From positions 1 to 36,564 of IMG/VR virus record IMGVR_UViG_3300030330_002743: a stretch of 36,564 bases of DNA; one strand, written 5' to 3'. The DNA comes from a virus (lineage: Duplodnaviria; Caudoviricetes). Of this stretch, positions 34,050 to 36,564 are shown piece by piece; within the stretch, counting starts at the first letter, position 1; every line of letters starts with the position of its first letter. The notes beneath the pieces were generated by a model. That model did not search any database. It was not told where the DNA came from and saw only the letters and a program-made list of their open reading frames with translations. A program made the position numbers and the translations under genes.

Positions 34050-35944
34050 CAGTTAGTCACGAACGACGACGAGGGCCGACGAGACATGCGCCTTCGTGTC
34101 GGCTGATAAGGCGATTCTACTCTTTTTTGTTCTTGAGGCTCGCTTTTTGGTTCTTGCGCTTTTGCAAACTGCTCAAAAATCGTGGAACGATTGAATCGCA
34201 TGTATAGATAGTTGAGAGCGCAGTAGCTGTAACAAAAACAGTCAAGAGCTTCATTGCGATCACCTGGCTTCTTCTTCCATTCACGAATAGCAAAGCCCTT
34301 GACATATCGCACCACCTGACGCTCACTTGTCAGTTGCTTGAAGTACTCAGGCGAAGCGGCAGCATGAAAATGAATGTATCCAGCCCCCTCTTCGTTCGTT
34401 TTCAATCTTGCGAACAGGGTTGATTTGATTGTGTCTACGCCTGCTGGAAAGACCTGTGCAGAGTTTTTCAGCACCTGACCTTTGTAGTTAATGTCCACCT
34501 TGCTTGGCTTGCCAATAGGCGGCTTGTTGCGCTGCGACTGACCCTTGAGCGCAAAAACACCACGCTTGGCACGCTCCCTGCAGTACGCATAGACCTCACT
34601 GGTGAAGTGACCACCAGAGTCAATTCCTGTAGCACTGACCTTTAGTTCAGTCCCGTCCTCTTTCTTGTACTTCCTGAAAATCACGTCATCTACTTGGTCC
34701 CATAGTTTCTTACCGGCAGGATCACCAAATATCTCAAAGTGATTGAGGAGCCAGCATTCCTCACCTTCTCCCCACGCATACAGCCCAACAGCAACTCTAT
34801 TGTCCTGCACGTCAACGCCACAAGTGACGATGCTTGCCTTTGCTGGGACCTGATCTGCTGGATAAAACTCTGCACGATCACGCAAGCCTTCTGCGCCCAT
34901 TTTTGCGCCGGTTTCTTCCTCCCATGTCTCACCAAGGACGGTATTTGTCCAAGTTTTTAACAAGGGCGGATCAGACTTAGCCCGCAGAAACTCCGTGACA
35001 ATTTCTTCCCAACTCTTCCAACCAAGCGGTGAATAAAGTGAGGACAGGTGAAAGCCAACGGTGCGCGGATCTTCCGCCGTGGCCGTAGCCCGCCATTCCC
35101 CACGACGGAGCATTTCACTCTTGTGATGCTCGGGAATGTGCGCTCCACATGAATTACACGCATACGCAGCAGTACGCGGATCACCGTCACGCCAGCGAAT
35201 GTTCTTCCACTCCAGCCATTGCATATGACCACAGTGCGGACAAGGAACGAAATACCGCATTTGATTGCTCGCTAGGTATTCCGTCTCAATCCGACTCATA
35301 TCTTTGACGGTCGGTGTAGAAGTAAGGATGATCTTCCTTCGCGAGAAGGTTGATGCTCTTCTCTCAGCTAGAGCACATGGATCACCTTCACCATCCACAT
35401 CAGCGGGAAACGCATCTACCTCATCCAGCAACACCCAACGACACGGCGCACTCCGTAGACCAGTTGCTGAATTTGCACCTGTCAACAGTAAGATCCCGCC
35501 GTCAAAGCTTTTTGAAAACATGGTGTTCCCTGAGTCACGACTGCGTGCAGGGGCCACCTTCTCCGACAACACAGGAGTCTCATGAATAAGAGAATCCAAA
35601 CGCTGCTTAGACAGCCTTTTCGCCATCTCAATCGTTGGCTGGACAAACAAAGCAGGACCAGGCGCATGGGCAATCATGTATCCGACGACGTTGTTTATGC
35701 ACTCCGTCTTGCCCAACTGAGCACCAGCCATGAAAACTACTTTCTGCACCGAGCTTGTGGAAGACATGCAATCCATGATTTCCCTGAGATACGGAGTGCG
35801 ATCCGTTCTCCACGGCCCTGGTTCCGCTGATGCCTTGTTTGACAGCATCCGGTACTGATCAGACCATTCGCTGACAGTCAGCTTTTCATCAGGCTTCAAC
35901 CCACTTAGAAATGCCTGCCGATAAATTGCAGCTCCGTCACGCAT
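34046..35944 (-). CDS. terL: terminase large subunit, GpA family
   Basis: TPYLREIM, AQLGKTE (Walker A), LLDEVD (Walker B), STPT, CPHC, GVDVQ, IDSGG and NEALDC. Confidence 0.96.
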   Translation of the reverse strand: MRDGAAIYRQAFLSGLKPDEKLTVSEWSDQYRMLSNKASAEPGPWRTDRTPYLREIMDCMSSTSSVQKVVFMAGAQLGKTECINNVVGYMIAHAPGPALFVQPTIEMAKRLSKQRLDSLIHETPVLSEKVAPARSRDSGNTMFSKSFDGGILLLTGANSATGLRSAPCRWVLLDEVDAFPADVDGEGDPCALAERRASTFSRRKIILTSTPTVKDMSRIETEYLASNQMRYFVPCPHCGHMQWLEWKNIRWRDGDPRTAAYACNSCGAHIPEHHKSEMLRRGEWRATATAEDPRTVGFHLSSLYSPLGWKSWEEIVTEFLRAKSDPPLLKTWTNTVLGETWEEETGAKMGAEGLRDRAEFYPADQVPAKASIVTCGVDVQDNRVAVGLYAWGEGEECWLLNHFEIFGDPAGKKLWDQVDDVIFRKYKKEDGTELKVSATGIDSGGHFTSEVYAYCRERAKRGVFALKGQSQRNKPPIGKPSKVDINYKGQVLKNSAQVFPAGVDTIKSTLFARLKTNEEGAGYIHFHAAASPEYFKQLTSERQVVRYVKGFAIREWKKKPGDRNEALDCFCYSYCALNYLYMRFNRSTIFEQFAKAQEPKSEPQEQKRVESPYQPTRRRMSRRPSSSFVTNW

Positions 35945-36410
35945 TAGTCAGTCTCTCCAATGCTTTTCGCAGTTCTTCCTGCAAAGTTTGATGGATTACA
36001 ACTGAATCTGTTTCGGCTGCGAATTGGTTGGCAACCCGGTCGGGGATGCTATCTAGCGCGTCACGAACAGAGCGGGCAAGGGTAAAAGCAGCACTCTTGA
36101 CCTTGTCTGCCTCGCACAGCAGCTCCTCCTTCTCCTCCAAATCCAGCCGAGCCATCTCAGCGCGAAAGAACTCAGTCTTAGCGCGAGACTCGTTGAAGCT
36201 TGGGATCTCTAGATCCTTGGAGGCGATTCTTGTGGTACTTTGGGGGATTTCGCCGTTCCACGCGGCTATCGCTGCGTCCTCGTCAAAAAATACAAATCGG
36301 CCTTCTGTGCGATAAGTGCCTTCTAAGCGGCCTGTTTTCTTGATTTGACTAACACGTCCTCGCGTAACACCTAGCTTCTCAGCTAACTGTGCGATTGTGA
36401 CTTCTGGCAC
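35937..36410 (-). CDS. terS: terminase small subunit (Nu1-like, N-terminal HTH)
   Basis: AQLAEKLGVTRGRVSQ HTH plus coiled coil; immediately upstream of terL. Confidence 0.85.
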   Translation of the reverse strand: MPEVTIAQLAEKLGVTRGRVSQIKKTGRLEGTYRTEGRFVFFDEDAAIAAWNGEIPQSTTRIASKDLEIPSFNESRAKTEFFRAEMARLDLEEKEELLCEADKVKSAAFTLARSVRDALDSIPDRVANQFAAETDSVVIHQTLQEELRKALERLTNA

Positions 36411-36490
36411 TCGTTGATAGGCCCTAATTACCGCAAAGTTATCTTATTTCCTCTTATTTCGCTTTTTGTGCATATATAAGTGGCATGTCC

Positions 36491-36505
36491 CATGTGACTC
36501 ACATG
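36491..36505. promoter_or_regulatory. perfect palindrome between cos and terS
   Basis: CATGTGA-C-TCACATG. Confidence 0.4.
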
Positions 36506-36551
36506 CGACGCTGGTTACGACCTAGGCGCCTGACGCTAGCGAAATAACGTG

Positions 36552-36564
36552 GTCCGAAATTACC
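36552..36564. repeat. 13-bp terminal direct repeat (right copy), putative cos
   Basis: Identical to bases 1-13. Confidence 0.85.

Noticed and set aside
1-36564. Integrase, CI repressor, tRNA genes or photosynthesis AMGs (psbA, hli)
   Set aside because: No matching motifs found by inspection; absence should be confirmed with HMM and tRNAscan searches.

Overview
The window looks like a complete ~36.5-kb genome of a lambda-like siphovirus, read mostly on the minus strand. The likely host is a marine picocyanobacterium (inferred from gene content and cyanobacterial-type LexA boxes). The first and last 13 bases are identical (GTCCGAAATTACC). They lie just upstream of terS and next to an exact lambda cosQ heptamer (GGGTCCT), which suggests a real cos junction. 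From right to left the genome encodes TerS, GpA-type TerL, a gpW-like adaptor, a lambda-family portal, a fused protease/major capsid protein, head-tail connectors, tail tube, G/GT chaperones with a -1 frameshift, tape measure, tail tip M/L/K/I/J and two tail fibres. These are followed by a block of small membrane/secreted proteins, dCTP deaminase, an HNH nuclease, a divergent recombination/replication region (Sak-like annealase, PD-(D/E)XK nucleases, RusA) and a small left-end operon. I recognised no integrase, CI repressor, DNA polymerase, helicase or endolysin. The most unusual feature is the left end. A 5-gene operon, including a Cys-rich putative Fe-S protein and a membrane-anchored HTH protein, is bracketed by two arrays of Fur-family-box-like sites. 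One array has exact 28-bp periodicity and is followed by two tandem LexA boxes and a third 23-bp repeat, possibly a host-regulator sensing or decoy panel. Also notable are two highly structured intergenic RNA candidates and a B-type lectin domain inserted in tail-tip protein L. Product calls come from motif recognition and gene order only; no database search was run.
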